The notes: generated by a model from the letters alone, not told the origin. A stretch of DNA of 64,000 bases from an uncultured virus (IMG/VR IMGVR_UViG_2061766007_004178) (IMGVR_UViG_2061766007_004178), one strand, 5' to 3'; shown: positions 43,253-52,770, counted from the first letter of the stretch. Numbers and translations are program-made.

Positions 43253-43462
43253 TTACTTCACCTTTCTGTATGGGAGTTTCCTGAAATTGGCTTGGAAGTA
43301 TCTTCCCATGCTCGGAGCGGCCAAGAATTCGTCGAATGTCTCTTTGGAGACTCTGTCGTACTCGTATGAGCCGCCGTTTCTGAAATTGACCGTAAGGGTC
43401 TCGCCTTCATGCGCGACGCTTTCGATCGCAGAACTTTGAACGTAGATTTTGGACATATCCAT
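43253..43462 (-). CDS. KTSC domain protein
   Basis: SSAIESV..LTVNFRNGGSYEY..FLAAPSMGRYF. Confidence 0.88.
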   Translation of the reverse strand: MDMSKIYVQSSAIESVAHEGETLTVNFRNGGSYEYDRVSKETFDEFLAAPSMGRYFQANFRKLPYRKVK

Positions 43463-43528
43463 TACCTCTCTTTTCTGCATTAATTATAGCGCATTTTTCA
43501 GATAAGGTAAATAGAAAAACAGACGGGT

Positions 43529-43951
43529 TTACATCTTCCCGAATATTCTTCTATGGTCGAAGCATTCCCTGTCTGGACGCCAGCGATTCAAAACGAAAGT
43601 ATCGATCAGATGGAAGCTGAGCATATAGCGGAGATGCTCTGACAGCATGGACTTAAGTATCCTGAGCTCCTCTTCATAGAACGCGATGCACTCGTCGAAG
43701 CGGATCGCCATCCCGACGGATCTCACGTCGAACCTATCGGTCATGAGCTCATACTTCACGAGCCTATCCGTATTGTCTTTGCACGCTTTGAAATAGCGCA
43801 CGACCCTTTTCGTCGTCTTCGCGCAATCGGCGGCCAGTCTGCGCATGCCCCAATTCCTGATGTACTCGAACTGGCGGTGCTCGCCGGTCAGCGCGAGCTT
43901 CATCAGCCTGGCGACGAGAACGGCGTCTGTTTGAAAACGATCCGTTTCCAT
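43529..43951 (-). CDS. hypothetical protein
   Basis: ORF directly after the ArfA-like gene. Confidence 0.6.
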   Translation of the reverse strand: METDRFQTDAVLVARLMKLALTGEHRQFEYIRNWGMRRLAADCAKTTKRVVRYFKACKDNTDRLVKYELMTDRFDVRSVGMAIRFDECIAFYEEELRILKSMLSEHLRYMLSFHLIDTFVLNRWRPDRECFDHRRIFGKM

Positions 43952-43952
43952 G

Positions 43953-44111
43953 CTATTCGCCCTCGTCGACCTTTTTGTCGCGCTTGAAAGACCCCTTCCC
44001 CTTATGCGGGCGGTATACGTGGGCGCGATTGCGGAGCTGGACCTCGAAATGCATCTCGTTCCTGAGCTTGGAATCGTCCGGTTTGATTTTAAAGGAGACT
44101 TTCTTCTTCAT
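43953..44111 (-). CDS. ArfA-like (alternative ribosome rescue factor) peptide, 52 aa
   Basis: RAHVYRPHKGKGSFKRDKK matches the ArfA KGKGS(Y/F)xR core; leaderless, own promoter. Confidence 0.65.
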   Translation of the reverse strand: MKKKVSFKIKPDDSKLRNEMHFEVQLRNRAHVYRPHKGKGSFKRDKKVDEGE

Positions 44112-44168
44112 ATGTATATTTTAGCATGAAAAAAGGGGTCCGTAAACCCCTTTCGTATGTTTTTCTGA

Positions 44169-44621
44169 CTAACCCAAAATGATTTTGTTCTCTGGGTGGT
44201 CGATGCGGTCGTATTGCGCCACGTCTTCGGTGAAATCGTAGAAGCACTCATGGAAGCCGTTGCCTTCGTCGTCGTTGGAAAGGAGGATTTCCTTGTCTCC
44301 GTTGCCTTTCTTGATTTCCGCGGCGCACAATGCGTAAAGCCTCTTCACGGTCATAGGCTGCCAGCTTTGGCCGGCTGCGGCGATTTCCTCTTTGGCGAAT
44401 CTATCGAACGTGTAAATTGTGTCGCTGCTCTGCTGCTTTACGAATTCGATATGATGCTTATTGAGTATGCGCTCGACGTCTTGTTCGTCTTTCGATGGGA
44501 CGCTGACGATGATTGTAGCGGTGCGGATGTCGATATCCCAGCTGGTGGCTTTGCGCTTGTACTTATGAGCAAGCTCGCACACCGCATCGGCGATGTCTTT
44601 CTGTTGTTTGGTCATTTTCAT
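44169..44621 (-). CDS. hypothetical protein
   Basis: C-terminal GNGDKEILLSNDDEGNGFH. Confidence 0.7.
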   Translation of the reverse strand: MKMTKQQKDIADAVCELAHKYKRKATSWDIDIRTATIIVSVPSKDEQDVERILNKHHIEFVKQQSSDTIYTFDRFAKEEIAAAGQSWQPMTVKRLYALCAAEIKKGNGDKEILLSNDDEGNGFHECFYDFTEDVAQYDRIDHPENKIILG

Positions 44622-44672
44622 TACCTCTTTTCTGTTATCATTATAACATAAAAAGGGGTGTTTGTAAACCCC

Positions 44673-45305
44673 TTATTGTTTTGAAATCCACCTGATTTCG
44701 GGATATCCGTCGTAGTCGGCCTCGAATATGAACCACGCGTAGCACGCGGCGGAGCCGATTTTCATCGGCTGCCCGGTTCTGTCTAATTTCACGGAGCCGT
44801 CTTCGTTTTTCTGGTATCTTTCGTCGTTTTTGTAACAGGCTACCCTCTTAGAGTAGACATAGACTTTCTTGAGCTTCCTTCTGCTGAATATCCTGTCGGC
44901 TCGCTCCTGGCCTTCCAAGAACTGTATCTTCAGGAACATCGCGAGCTTCCTGCCGGGCTTCAATTGGCTCAAAGCATGCTCGGCGAATTCGGTCTGACAC
45001 ATGTACGGAGGGTTCGTGATGACGTCCATATCGATGTCTTTGTAAGTGAAGAAATCGACGCCTGATTTTCCGTAACCGTGGTCATAGAGGTCTGTGGAGA
45101 TTACGGTTTTCCCAAGCTCCTCCATCCTCTTAGAGAGATTGCCGGAGCCGCAGCAAGGCTCTAAGACCGTGTCCCCAAACTCCTCGACGGCGAATAAGTC
45201 GTCGATGCATTCCGGGTCGGTGGCGTAGAAGTCAGTCGCCTCCCTTTCGTCCTTGCAATGGTTGCTGGCTCCTAAGAGCCTGAATAAATCTTCCGATGTG
45301 TGCAT
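44673..45305 (-). CDS. DNA amino-methyltransferase-like protein
   Basis: DFYATDP, LEPCCGSG, ITNPPY. Confidence 0.8.
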   Translation of the reverse strand: MHTSEDLFRLLGASNHCKDEREATDFYATDPECIDDLFAVEEFGDTVLEPCCGSGNLSKRMEELGKTVISTDLYDHGYGKSGVDFFTYKDIDMDVITNPPYMCQTEFAEHALSQLKPGRKLAMFLKIQFLEGQERADRIFSRRKLKKVYVYSKRVACYKNDERYQKNEDGSVKLDRTGQPMKIGSAACYAWFIFEADYDGYPEIRWISKQ

Positions 45306-45326
45306 GGTGTTTCCTCCTAATCCCCG

Positions 45327-45551
45327 CTAATAGCAAGTGCACTGCAAATAAATCAGCAACGCGGCTTTGCAGCCTGCGCTTAGGCTATTGAACTGAGCTT
45401 TATCGATATGGTAGATCTCACTGAGCATGAGACGATAGCTGCCGATGTCCTTCTCGAAGTTCTCTTTAAGGCACGCGGCCAAATCGGCCGGGTCGGCCTC
45501 TTTGACGTATTTCGCGATTTCTTCCTTGATTTCTTTTGTAAGTTTTGCCAT
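45327..45551 (-). CDS. hypothetical protein
   Basis: Own promoter. Confidence 0.6.
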   Translation of the reverse strand: MAKLTKEIKEEIAKYVKEADPADLAACLKENFEKDIGSYRLMLSEIYHIDKAQFNSLSAGCKAALLIYLQCTCY

Positions 45552-45599
45552 AGCTTTACCTTTCGTTTATATTATACCGCTTGATTTACTGTAAGTAAA

Positions 45600-47318
45600 C
45601 TACAAATTGACGATAATCGATCTGAGTTCGTTGGCCAATGAGTCCGAGATGTAGTTCTCTTTGCCGTCGACGACGTAGTCAGACAGCTCTTTCTTGGTTT
45701 CGACGATGTACTTCACCCTTTCGTCGATGGTATCCTTGCAGACGAGCACCGTCACGAAAGCAGGCCTGTCGTTGGTGATCCTCCAAATCCTGTCAGTGGA
45801 TTGAGAGAAGCTCGCGTCTGTGTACGGCGTATCCAGGCAGATCATGTACGATGCGGCGTTCAGAGTGAAGCCGGTTCCCATCTTGCTGTGAGTGCACAGC
45901 ATGAGCTTAGGCTTCGGATCGCCTTGGAAGTAGTTGACGTTCTGCGTGATGACCTGCTCGCTCATATCGCCCGTGCATACGAGCGGATCGAATTCGGCGA
46001 GCATCGACTGCAGTTTATATATAGGCTCTTTGAACGATCCGAATATCACTACCTTCTCGCCTTGGGAAATCAGGTCGCGCGCTATCTCGGCGGCTCTGTC
46101 CAGTTTGCTGGACGCGATGTCTTGGGTCGTGAGTATGCTCGGGCTGACCGTGGCCTGACGCAATCTGGTGGTCAGAGCCAGTAAATTAGCGTTGTTGAGG
46201 TTTATCTTGTCTGCTTCGTCTTTGATCCCGGCTTTTATGGCCTCATAGAACTTGCGGTGCTGGTCGTTCATCTCGATGCACTCGTAGTTGATGTTCTTGG
46301 CGGGCATGTCGCTGCGCACCTGATCCAACGTGCGTCTGATGCTGCAGGTTCCAAGCTCCTCTCTGAGAAGCGGCAGGTTCTGATATGAGATTATCTCTGC
46401 GCCGTTGATCCCGCCTTTGACGCAGTATTGCTCTTTGAAGTGCGTCAGCGTGGCGTGATCGTTGTCGGTCCAGCTGAGCGGCAGATAGCAGGATACCGGG
46501 GAGTTCAGAAGCAGCGTGCCGGTCGCGGCGACTTTGTATTCAGCGTCGAGCTTCAGGAGGTTGTTCCCCTGAGCCGATTGCGACGTGAAGCGATGCGCCT
46601 CGTCGACCGCCATCAATCCGAATTTGTTCGGGTTCTTCGGCGATCTGAGCGCTTTGATGATGTCGTCGCTGCGCAGCGTAGCGGCGTTGATGACGACGAA
46701 GAACTCGTCTATCGGCTGCATGAGCCTCTCGGCGCGCGCTTTGATCGTCGCGTATGATATAGTGCCTTTGGAATTCACTTTCTCGCCGAGCACCATGACC
46801 CCTTCTCTGCTGAATTTCCGTATCTCGGATTTCCAGTTCTGCCTGAGCGAGTCGACGCCGCAGATTATCATGCAGTGATCTATGAGACCGCGTCTTTTGA
46901 GGGTCTCTGCGTATCCGATTATCTCTAATGTCTTGCCAAGGCCCATGCTGTCGAGCAGGAGCCATTTCTTGCGCCTTGGGTCCAAGCCGTAGTTTATGCC
47001 TGTGATTTGGTGATCGAACGGAGTGAACGAAAACGACCTGATTTCGTCGTCTGTCAGGCAGAACGTTTTCGGATCCGGCTCAGGCTCTTGCGAAGGCGGC
47101 AGCATTATGAGCTGCAGGCTGTCGTAGAAGCAGAGCCTGTCCAACGCGTCGCTCAATTCGTTCGAAGGGATCTCGAAGCATTGCTCGCTCTTAAGGTACG
47201 CTTTGCTGGTGAAGCTGTTGCAGACATCCCAGACCTCTTTGCTGTACGCGAAGCTGATGAGAAAGCTAGAGAGCCCGGAGAATTTCCTCGGAGGCGTTAC
47301 TTCTCTGATGTAGATCAT
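45600..47318 (-). CDS. SNF2-family helicase
   Basis: DSMGLGKT, VDEAH, ATGT, GTGFTLN, QSTDRIWRI. Confidence 0.9.
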   Translation of the reverse strand: MIYIREVTPPRKFSGLSSFLISFAYSKEVWDVCNSFTSKAYLKSEQCFEIPSNELSDALDRLCFYDSLQLIMLPPSQEPEPDPKTFCLTDDEIRSFSFTPFDHQITGINYGLDPRRKKWLLLDSMGLGKTLEIIGYAETLKRRGLIDHCMIICGVDSLRQNWKSEIRKFSREGVMVLGEKVNSKGTISYATIKARAERLMQPIDEFFVVINAATLRSDDIIKALRSPKNPNKFGLMAVDEAHRFTSQSAQGNNLLKLDAEYKVAATGTLLLNSPVSCYLPLSWTDNDHATLTHFKEQYCVKGGINGAEIISYQNLPLLREELGTCSIRRTLDQVRSDMPAKNINYECIEMNDQHRKFYEAIKAGIKDEADKINLNNANLLALTTRLRQATVSPSILTTQDIASSKLDRAAEIARDLISQGEKVVIFGSFKEPIYKLQSMLAEFDPLVCTGDMSEQVITQNVNYFQGDPKPKLMLCTHSKMGTGFTLNAASYMICLDTPYTDASFSQSTDRIWRITNDRPAFVTVLVCKDTIDERVKYIVETKKELSDYVVDGKENYISDSLANELRSIIVNL

Positions 47319-47356
47319 ATAGTGTTGATAGTGCGATGTATAGTATTGACAGTGCG

Positions 47357-47688
47357 CTAGTCCAATAGGGATACTGACTGCTCTCCGAAATCCAATGTCT
47401 CGTCTTCTTTGCGCACTTTGAAGCTGACCGTCGGCTCGACTATGAACGATTTGCCGCAGTGGTCGCAGACGTATCTCTCCGGCTGGCATGGCTCGTTCTC
47501 TNNNNNNNNNNGTGGAAGATGACCGTCCAAGAGGCGCACGCGCTGAAGCTCTGGGCGACCGCNNNNNNNNNNTCTGGCTTGCCTTCTATCTGTCCCGGCA
47601 CGAATATCTCGCTGGCGACGTACTGAGCCCCGCAATGAGGGCAGGTGATTATGAGCCTCGCTCAGGCCTGTTGTTCGTTTTTCTCCAT
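47357..47688 (-). CDS. zinc-finger protein; TGA at codon 9 probably Trp; gapped
   Basis: AAGGAG RBS; MEKNEQQA*ARLIITCPHCG..CDHCGK. Confidence 0.6.
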
Positions 47689-47689
47689 T

Positions 47690-49240
47690 TCTGAAATCTC
47701 CTTGGTTCGAAATCCGAAATCATTCTGTTTTCGCACGCATATACGTATGCATGCGTCAGAGTATAGCTTTTAATATAAGCTATGTATATAAGCTATGCAT
47801 CTTAAGTTTAGACATAAGCTAAGCATCTTAAGCTTGGCTCTGTATCCTTAGCTTATAAACATCGCTGTTAAGCATATGCTGTAGAATGAAGTATTTAAAT
47901 AACGATCTATTATTTATGTGTTAATAAATCATTAAATTATTAAATCATTAAATTATTAAAAATCTGAATTTGGCCGTCAGGCCGTTTAGTTGTCGGAATT
48001 TGTATCAGACATCGCCGGTTTCACCGGCAGTCGACCGAGGTCGACATATTCAGAATGTCTGAAATCATCTTAATTCCGGCTCCATTTATATTATACAGTC
48101 TAAATGACTGTATTATAGGCGTTTTTTCGTAAATTTTTACAGAATTCTCCTCCCCCAGCTAATTATACGCCGTTTTTCCGCATTTGTAAATGACTTTTAT
48201 GCTGTCTTTCATATGACTATCTTGCTGCATTCGTAAAGTCTCTTATGCATGCATGTGCGCCTGCATGTTTTATGTGATTTTTTTCTAATACTTATTACTC
48301 ATAGCAAGTAATAATTATTACAAAAAAATCGCACAAAACGCGTTATGTCACGCATCGCGCGCAAGAATTTTGAGATCATTCTGTTTTTGTCAGCCTGTTT
48401 TTATACACGCATACGTATGCGTGACCGTATGCGGTATCACGCGCATTACGCGCAACTTCACGCGATACCGCGCGCCGTCATGCGCACGCACGATGAAAAC
48501 GATCTGTTTTGGACTTTTTGCAGAAAAATATCTGAAATCAGATGAATTCGCATCGTATAATATAACGTAGGCCGGATGAAGCCGCCTTAACCACAGGCCG
48601 GTCTGCACCCCTTTTCCGAAGGCATGTGGCTTCGAAAAAACCTGCGTTCCTAGACGTCCTCGATCAACACAGCGTCGATGGCGCGCAATCATTATTACCT
48701 CCTTTCTCAAGCCTTCGGAGATCACCTCCCAACGGACGTCGACTAGCCGCCATTTCCTCCTGCGGCCATCAGTCGGCGTCTTTTTGTTTTTTCCTGGGGT
48801 ACCTTGAAAAGTCAGCCAGAATCTGGCCAGGAAGCGCAGAAAGGCCATTCTGGCGAGAATCGCCCGTTTCCGCCGCTTTTTATATACAGAAATCGAAATC
48901 GTTCGAATTTGGCCCGTTTTCGCGAATATGAGCGCGCGCTCATGCACGTGACGCCCGAAAACGAAAACGCCTCTTTTTGGGGAAATCGGAAATGAGGCGG
49001 TTTCGCCCGCTTCTTATTACGCATGTGCGCGCATATGAAAACAGATCGTTTTCGGGAAAGGCTGAAAACGAAAACGCGTCTTTTTCGGCCGCCGATATAT
49101 GGATGAGAGAAAAACGGCTGAGAATATAGGCCGAAATCGGAATCGCCTCGTTTTCGGGCGCATATACGCACGCATATAAAGAAAAACCGTTTACATGATA
49201 AAACCTCCGCGCCATAATAGATAGGATATCGGAGGACATA
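47690..49240. other. 1.5 kb noncoding interval between divergent genes; possible replication origin/control region
   Basis: TAAGC/GCTTA repeats, tandem TAAATCATTAAATTAT, hairpins, purine-pyrimidine alternating tracts. Confidence 0.5.
48564..48792 (+). ncRNA. candidate structured small RNA with anti-Shine-Dalgarno loops
   Basis: CGTATAAT at 48554-48561, nested stems with G-U pairs, terminal hairpin plus T run, CCTCC tracts. Confidence 0.55.
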
Positions 49241-49241
49241 T

Positions 49242-49575
49242 ATGGACAAAGAGAAGTTCGACAAAATAAAAGAAGGCCTTGAGCGCAGGATCGCCAAGTG
49301 CGAGGAAAGGCTCAATGATATACATACAGGCGAAGACCTATGGAAGATGACCGTCCAAGAGGCGCACGCGCTGAAGCTCTGGGCGACCGCGGAGATGAGC
49401 AAGATGGACCAGATAGTCTGCACGGACCTATACCATATCGTGGGCATGGGGAAGCTGACCGCGTCTCAGACCAATACATTTCTGGGCCTCATGAGGAAAT
49501 ATATGGGATACAGGTCGGACGTCAAGTCGATCGCGTATAACCTGTCATTGGACAATCCGGCGAAGCTCCCGTACG
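49242..49575 (+). CDS. hypothetical protein, only clear plus-strand gene (3' end obscured by gap)
   Basis: TTTACA-17-CATAAT promoter, GGAGG RBS. Confidence 0.7.
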
Positions 49576-49673
49576 NNNNNNNNNNNNTCGTTCGGCGGGA
49601 TAAAGGTCAAGTCAGAGCTCAGATGCGCGGATGCCAGACGCGCGCTCGAAGCCAAGAAGTGAGACAGAATAAA

Positions 49674-49706
49674 AAAGCGCCAGGCCTATATAGGCCTGGC
49701 TTTTTC
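49674..49706. terminator. bidirectional terminator between convergent genes
   Basis: GCCAGGCCTATATAGGCCTGGC flanked by A and T runs. Confidence 0.75.
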
Positions 49707-49707
49707 T

Positions 49708-50077
49708 TTATCTGAGGTGGTAGTAGATGGCGTATCGGTACAGCCACGTCGCGAGGCAGGCGATCAGGAACTCCTTTTCCGAGACGCGCTTCCTCAGCTC
49801 TTGCAGCTCCGCATTGGAAGCGTAGACGAGCGGCAGGCTGAGCGGGTTGNNNNNNNNNNNNNNNNNNNNNNNNNNACAGCCTTTGCGTCGGCCCCGTCGG
49901 GAGATAGACCTCGCATGCGAAACGGCTCTCACCGCCCATATCGTCAGCCCTGTGGCTTTCGAGCTTCCAGCGCCCGCCTTTGTTCTTGCGCAGCGTCCCG
50001 AGGGCGGCTTCCATCGCCGACGCCATCTCGCGCTCGAATTCGTCCGTCGGCATGCTCTTCCAATCTATCTTATCCAT
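49708..50077 (-). CDS. distant member of the paralog family (gapped)
   Basis: ALGTLRKNKG..EFLIACLATWLY; GCTAAATTA upstream. Confidence 0.65.
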
Positions 50078-50316
50078 ATGCTTTTCCTATGCCTGAATAA
50101 TTTAGCGGTCCGGCGGCGGCCGTGCGTGCTGCCTAAGCATGCGTCGTCGGCTTTAACGTACGCGCGCACGCGAGCATGAGTATGAAAAAAGGCGGACCAA
50201 TTGAGCCGTGGGCGACCGACTGGCCTCCGGCGGGCTTGTCCAACCTTCAATTATTTTAGCATATCTGTTTTTTAATAATTTAATAAATCATTAAAATCTG
50301 CATTGACTGCGCCAGA

Positions 50317-50703
50317 CTATTCGGCCGTCTCCTTATGGACGTACGCCATCGGGACCAATCTTTTGCCCCAGCTTCTGTTCTTGTTCTCCACGCAGACTTC
50401 GTAGCAAGGCACTATTTTGTCTTTGGTTATGCCGCGTCGGCACCAATACTCGCACTCATCCTCCCAATAAGATATGTGGGTCGCTACGTTTTGCTTTCCG
50501 CAGATATATCCGTGAAACTTCTTCAGCTCAAGTTTTTTCACTTCGACCGGGTCGCCCTCATAGAACTCCTTTTCGTATTTAGGGTCGTTCGTCGATTCTA
50601 CCACTTCGTTTTTCCCGATTTCGTCGAACATGATGCAGTAGCCCGTCTTCTTGAGGTATCCGTCGCATATGACGCGTTCGCCTAGATTGAACTTCTCTTT
50701 CAT
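50317..50703 (-). CDS. hypothetical protein
   Basis: AGGAG RBS. Confidence 0.65.
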   Translation of the reverse strand: MKEKFNLGERVICDGYLKKTGYCIMFDEIGKNEVVESTNDPKYEKEFYEGDPVEVKKLELKKFHGYICGKQNVATHISYWEDECEYWCRRGITKDKIVPCYEVCVENKNRSWGKRLVPMAYVHKETAE

Positions 50704-50720
50704 TCTTCCGGCTCCTTTCC

Positions 50721-50966
50721 TCATTCCTCTCTATCCTTCTTCGGTTTCGCGCCGTGTCCGAGGGCGAGGTTGTTGTAATCGATCTGGACATACTCGAATA
50801 TCGCGTTTCCGAATAGCGTCCTTCTTTTCACTCTGCGCCCGAAGATGCTGCCGTTGGGGAAGACCATGAGGGCGTCGATGCCTTTGAACTCGTCCGTCTT
50901 CTGCAGGTTGGAGATCTCTCTCCCGAGGGGGACCGAGTAATCTGATAGCGTCTTCTGTTTCTTCAT
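50721..50966 (-). CDS. hypothetical protein (TGA stop)
   Basis: AGGAG RBS. Confidence 0.65.
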   Translation of the reverse strand: MKKQKTLSDYSVPLGREISNLQKTDEFKGIDALMVFPNGSIFGRRVKRRTLFGNAIFEYVQIDYNNLALGHGAKPKKDREE

Positions 50967-52332
50967 AAAGCTCTCTCCTTGTTTCTCTCTGCTCTCTGCG
51001 TATATCGTACTACGTCCTCACGCACTTGTAAATAGAAAAAGCCAGCTTACATGAACCGGCCGTTCNNNNNNNNNNNNNNNNNNNNNNNNNNNNNNNNNNN
51101 NNNNNNNNNNNNNNNNNNNNNNNNNNNNNNNNNNNNNNNNNNNNNNNNNNNNNNNNNNNNNNNNNNNNNNNNNNNNNNNNNNNNNNNNNNNNNNNNNNNN
51201 NNNNNNNNNNNNNNNNNNNNNNNNNNNNNNNNNNNNNNNNNNNNNNNNNNNNNNNNNNNNNNNNNNNNNNNNNNNNNNNNNNNNNNNNNNNNNNNNNNNN
51301 NNNNNNNNNNNNNNNNNNNNNNNNNNNNNNNNNNNNNNNNNNNNNNNNNNNNNNNNNNNNNNNNNNNNNNNNNNNNNNNNNNNNNNNNNNNNNNNNNNNN
51401 NNNNNNNNNNNNNNNNNNNNNNNNNNNNNNNNNNNNNNNNNNNNNNNNNNNNNNNNNNNNNNNNNNNNNNNNNNNNNNNNNNNNNNNNNNNNNNNNNNNN
51501 NNNNNNNNNNNNNNNNNNNNNNNNNNNNNNNNNNNNNNNNNNNNNNNNNNNNNNNNNNNNNNNNNNNNNNNNNNNNNNNNNNNNNNNNNNNNNNNNNNNN
51601 NNNNNNNNNNNNNNNNNNNNNNNNNNNNNNNNNNNNNNNNNNNNNNGTGACGACGTCCCATTCGGCGCCTGGGAAATCCTTGGCTAAGGCGTCTAAAGCC
51701 TCTTCCTGGGTGTAGAAGCTGTGGGTGGCGAACCTGTGCTGGGTCTTGCCGTCCTTTTGTTCGGTCCAGTGCTCCGTGATCTCGAAGTCCGGATCCGGAT
51801 GGCCGTAGTCCTCTTCCCATTCGAAGTAGTCTTTGCCGTATTCGATGTCGTTCGTGTCGACGAAGTATCCGGCCACGCCGGTGCTCTCGTCTTCGACCGC
51901 GCGTTCGATCATGCCGTATTCCCTGAACCTGACGCAGCGCTCGTCGACGGCCTTCAGGGCGTTGGCTTTGGCTTCGGCGTAATCCTTGCCTCTGACGAGG
52001 ATGTGGATCCAGTCGAACCCGCAGGTGGCGCTGACGACGTAGGTGCTCTTGCCGGGCTCCCTAGGCCTGTCGGCCTCATAGCGGTTGAGGAACCTCTTGC
52101 CTTTCTTCTTGGCAGCTTCCTTGGCTTTCTTATCCGCCTCTTGGACCTTGGCGTCGATNNNNNNNNNNTCTGGGATTTCCTGGACTCGGCTTCTTTCTTG
52201 CTTTCGTCTGGGTCTCTCTGGGCCAAGGCTTTCGCCCTCGTCTTCAATGCGGCCAAAAGGATGCTTGCTTCTTTTTCGGTCAATTCGATTCTGATTTTGT
52301 TCTGTTCCATTTTTGCATGCCTCCATGCTTTT

Positions 52333-52755
52333 CTATTCCGCCCATTCGATGGCGTGGATGATGACGACGCGGTGGTAGTCCCTGGACAATTTGTTCTTGT
52401 CCATAAGGGCGTATAAGAGAGCGACTCCCTTAGGACCGGTCTCCTGGGTGGCCTTCGATACCTCTTTCGTGTATTCGTGGCCGTCCTCGGTGAAGCGGAC
52501 GTATTCGCCNNNNNNNNNNNNNNNNNNNNNNNNNNNNNNNNNNNTTTCTTCGCCAATTCCGCCGAAGACCTTCTTGAGGAGCTCGAACTCTTCCTTGGTC
52601 TTCGCCTTCCCGTCTATGAGATGGCGGATGCCGATTTTGACGGACATCTCGTGCTCGTAGTCTTCGTAGCTCGTGCCGAGCAAAGCGGCCTCGAGGTAAT
52701 GGAGGCCTTTCTCTTTGATGATTCTTAATGCTTCGCGTTCTTCTTTTTCGTTCAT
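52333..52755 (-). CDS. hypothetical protein(s), EEFELLK family, gapped
   Basis: Shares motif with the genes at 54990 and 58980. Confidence 0.55.
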   Translation of the reverse strand: MNEKEEREALRIIKEKGLHYLEAALLGTSYEDYEHEMSVKIGIRHLIDGKAKTKEEFELLKKVFGGIGEEXXXXXXXXXXXXGEYVRFTEDGHEYTKEVSKATQETGPKGVALLYALMDKNKLSRDYHRVVIIHAIEWAE

Positions 52756-52770
52756 TTTTATTGTCCCCTT

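Noticed and set aside
47513..47562. Exact 50-nt copy of 49341-49390 inside the Zn-finger gene
   Set aside because: Flanked by N runs on both sides; most likely an assembly or gap-filling artefact, not a spacer or template repeat.
48390..49447. Long ORF-track ORFs in the noncoding interval
   Set aside because: Arg/Phe-rich, atypical composition, overlapping repeats or the real plus-strand gene.
51066..51646. ORFs spanning the long N gap
   Set aside because: No sequence information.
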